A DNA stretch of 64,000 nucleotides from an uncultured delta proteobacterium (lineage in GTDB: Bacteria > Desulfobacterota > Binatia > UBA9968), in the NCBI GenBank assembly GCA_963816145.1, contig CAWFJP010000011.1:416001-480000 (forward strand). Direction: 5' to 3'. Of the stretch, positions 61,752-64,000 are shown one piece after another; position 1 is the stretch's first letter; each line of letters opens with the position of its first letter. The position numbers were made by a program, and so were the translations under genes. Under the pieces are notes generated by a model, which did not search any database, was not told the DNA's origin, and worked only from the letters and a program-made list of their open reading frames with translations.

Positions 61752-63383
61752 CTACTTATCGCTGCGGTTGATCCAGTACTGCTGGGCGATACCCAGAACA
61801 TTGTTCACCAGCCAGTAAACGGTCAAGCCCGCAGGAAATGACACGAACATGAAGGTAAACATCAGCGGCATCAACATCATCATCTTTTTTTGATTGGGAT
61901 CGCCCGCCGAGGGCGTCATCCATTGTTGGATAAACATGGTGGCGCCCATAATGATGGTTAGAATCGGAACGCCCAGATGCCAGCCGTTAAACGTGAACGG
62001 CAGCGCCTGCCAATCGGGGCGCGACAGATCTGGAATCCACAGGAACGGCGCATGGCGCAACTCGATCGGCGTGCTGAGCGCATTGTAAAGCCCGATGAAG
62101 ACCGGAAACTGCAGCGCCATCGGCAAACAACCGCCCAACGGGTTGACGCCGTTGCGCTTGTACAGATCCATGATTTCTTTATTGAGTTTCTCTTTGTCGT
62201 TGGCGTAGCGTTCCTTGAGCTTCTCCATCTGCGGCCCGAGCTTTTGCATCGCTTTCATGGAGGTAAAACTCTTGTGCGTCAACGGCCACATGATCAGCTT
62301 GATGAGCACCGTCAAAATGATGATGTCGATGCCGTAGCTGCGGGTGAAGCGATGAAAAAAGTGCAGCACATAGAGCAGCGGCACCGAGATAAATCCGAAA
62401 TAGCCATGGTCGATGGCGCGATCGATGTCCTTGCCCGCAGACTTCAGAATGTCGAGTTCTTTGGGTCCGATATACAGCTTATAGCGATCGCTGGCCGCGG
62501 CGCCGCTCACCGATGCGATCAAAGCCGCACCGTCTTGGCGCACGGAAACCTTGTGACCTGCACCATTCTCCGGCATCAAGGCGAAGAAAAAATAAGTGTG
62601 GCCAAAACCCGCCCAAGCAATGTCACCGCTAAATTCGTGACCTTTGATCGCCTCGGCTGGCGCTTCGCGTTTGATCTTGTTGTCGATCAGGGCGATGAAG
62701 CCCTCGAACGGCGCACCAGGCGTAGCAACCGTATGATCGCTTTTATCGGTCAGTAAGATCTCTGGAACCGGCGCATTGCCCGAGGCGGCCTGGACGGCGA
62801 CATCGAACTGTATCGGATAAAGATTGCCGGTAAACGTCAACGACTTACTGATCGTCAGGCCGTCTGCGGTTTGGGCCTGAAAGACCAGTGTGCCCTTGGC
62901 ATCGCCGGTGAGTTTAAGATCGGCACCCTGGGCCGAATAAGATAGGGCTGCGTCATCGAAGGCCGCCGGCGCTTGCCAACGCACTCCGAGAGGCAACGGC
63001 ACGTCTTTCGCCGCCGCAATGATTTCAAAGGGCGGACTTTTGGGTTCCGCGCTGGCGCGATAGTTTTTGAACTGAAAGCTTTTGAGCCGCGCACCCTGGG
63101 TGGTAAAGACCGCGATGTAGTTGTCGGTTTCGACTTGAATGTTTTTTGCCGGTTGGCCAGTAGGCGCGCTAACCGGTGCGGCTGGAGCCGTGACCGCGGA
63201 AGCAGCAGCGGGCGCAGTGGCGGTTTGCGCCGGAGTGCCGGACGTCGGAGCCGCTTCTTTCTTCTCCGCGACCGGCGCTTGGCTAGCGGGAGGCGGGGGG
63301 CCATAATAGCGGCTAATAAACTCCTGGTAACCGACTAACACGAGGACCGACAATGCTATGCCTATGAGTGCGCGTTTATCCAT
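61752..63383 (-). CDS. yidC: Membrane protein insertase YidC
   Basis: YIGPK, IILTVLIK, SMKAMQKL.P, NPLGGCLP, FPAGLTVYW. Confidence 0.96.
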   Translation of the reverse strand: MDKRALIGIALSVLVLVGYQEFISRYYGPPPPASQAPVAEKKEAAPTSGTPAQTATAPAAASAVTAPAAPVSAPTGQPAKNIQVETDNYIAVFTTQGARLKSFQFKNYRASAEPKSPPFEIIAAAKDVPLPLGVRWQAPAAFDDAALSYSAQGADLKLTGDAKGTLVFQAQTADGLTISKSLTFTGNLYPIQFDVAVQAASGNAPVPEILLTDKSDHTVATPGAPFEGFIALIDNKIKREAPAEAIKGHEFSGDIAWAGFGHTYFFFALMPENGAGHKVSVRQDGAALIASVSGAAASDRYKLYIGPKELDILKSAGKDIDRAIDHGYFGFISVPLLYVLHFFHRFTRSYGIDIIILTVLIKLIMWPLTHKSFTSMKAMQKLGPQMEKLKERYANDKEKLNKEIMDLYKRNGVNPLGGCLPMALQFPVFIGLYNALSTPIELRHAPFLWIPDLSRPDWQALPFTFNGWHLGVPILTIIMGATMFIQQWMTPSAGDPNQKKMMMLMPLMFTFMFVSFPAGLTVYWLVNNVLGIAQQYWINRSDK

Positions 63384-63392
63384 TGATTAGGT

Positions 63393-63605
63393 TCATCCAA
63401 CCGGATCGTAACCACCGGCGCTCCAGGGATGGCAGCGGCAGAAACGCTTTAGAGAATAAAGCAGTCCTTTGAGTGCGCCGTGACGGCGGATTGCGGTTTG
63501 AGCATAATCCGAGCAAGTAGGGTAAAACCGGCATGCGGGCGGCAGCCATGGCGAGATCGCCAGGCGATAGGCGCGAATCGGCAAGATTAACAACCAGCGG
63601 ATCAT
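63393..63605 (-). CDS. yidD: Membrane protein insertion efficiency factor YidD
   Basis: [29 protein letters not shown]. Confidence 0.93.
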   Translation of the reverse strand: MIRWLLILPIRAYRLAISPWLPPACRFYPTCSDYAQTAIRRHGALKGLLYSLKRFCRCHPWSAGGYDPVG

Positions 63606-63609
63606 CGGG

Positions 63610-63969
63610 TCATACCTGCCGGCGCCCGCGTTGCGGTGAGAAACTCTTGGCCAACTCATTGTCGAGCGCACTTGACGGCAGATCCACCGCGCTCTTGCGC
63701 GCAATGACCAGAAAATCCATCCCAGGCGGCAACGCCGCACGGCTGCGCCGGAAAAACTCCCGTACCTGCCGTTTGATCCGATTACGGATCACTGAATTGC
63801 CAACCTTGCCGCTAACGGTGATACCCACGCGGGATTCAGCATGATCGTTGGTCTTGCTGATAACGACAAAATTTTCGGAATGGATCTTGTAACCGGATCG
63901 CGATAATCGCAAAAATTCGGGTCGTTTTCTCAGGCGGGCCGATTTCGGGAACGCTTGTTTACCCTTCAG
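63610..63969 (-). CDS. rnpA: Ribonuclease P protein component (probable CTG start)
   Basis: [38 protein letters not shown] (RNR motif); rnpA-yidD-yidC synteny. Confidence 0.9.
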   Translation of the reverse strand: MKGKQAFPKSARLRKRPEFLRLSRSGYKIHSENFVVISKTNDHAESRVGITVSGKVGNSVIRNRIKRQVREFFRRSRAALPPGMDFLVIARKSAVDLPSSALDNELAKSFSPQRGRRQV

Positions 63970-64000
63970 GGCCTTCCCCCGCGGTTATGTGCGCGCCCGC

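Noticed and set aside
63985-64000. 3' end of rpmH
   Set aside because: Expected from synteny and an Arg-rich RART* ending is visible, but 16 nt is too little to call

Overview
GC-rich bacterial chromosome segment. The gene content (many orphan SsuA/NMT1-like binding proteins, amidohydrolases, a Rieske oxygenase) resembles Deltaproteobacteria-like Candidatus Binatia, but that assignment is inference only. The left end holds a type I restriction-modification operon (hsdR fragment, fic, hsdS, long hsdM) next to a patch of two end-less IS fragments (IS1380-like and DUF4338/ISAs1-like). The middle ~45 kb is an accessory catabolic and stress region. The right end is a core block (thiD, pyrF, proS, ispG, jag, yidC, yidD, rnpA), probably just downstream of rpmH. 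The most striking non-gene structure is a repeated architecture: intact gene, then cargo, then a diverged copy of that gene's own 3' part. It occurs at three independent loci: the GST gene (two extra tails), an arylmalonate decarboxylase/maleate isomerase-like gene, and an ABC substrate-binding gene. One further orphan 3' tail has no parent in the window. No integrase is present. Also seen: IS1-like-ended MITEs with 8-bp target duplications, composite REP-like elements, a palindromic element read in frame inside hsdM, a classical -1 frameshift motif in the ISAs1 transposase, two single-base frameshifts and a probable CTG start for rnpA. No tRNA, rRNA or CRISPR array was found.
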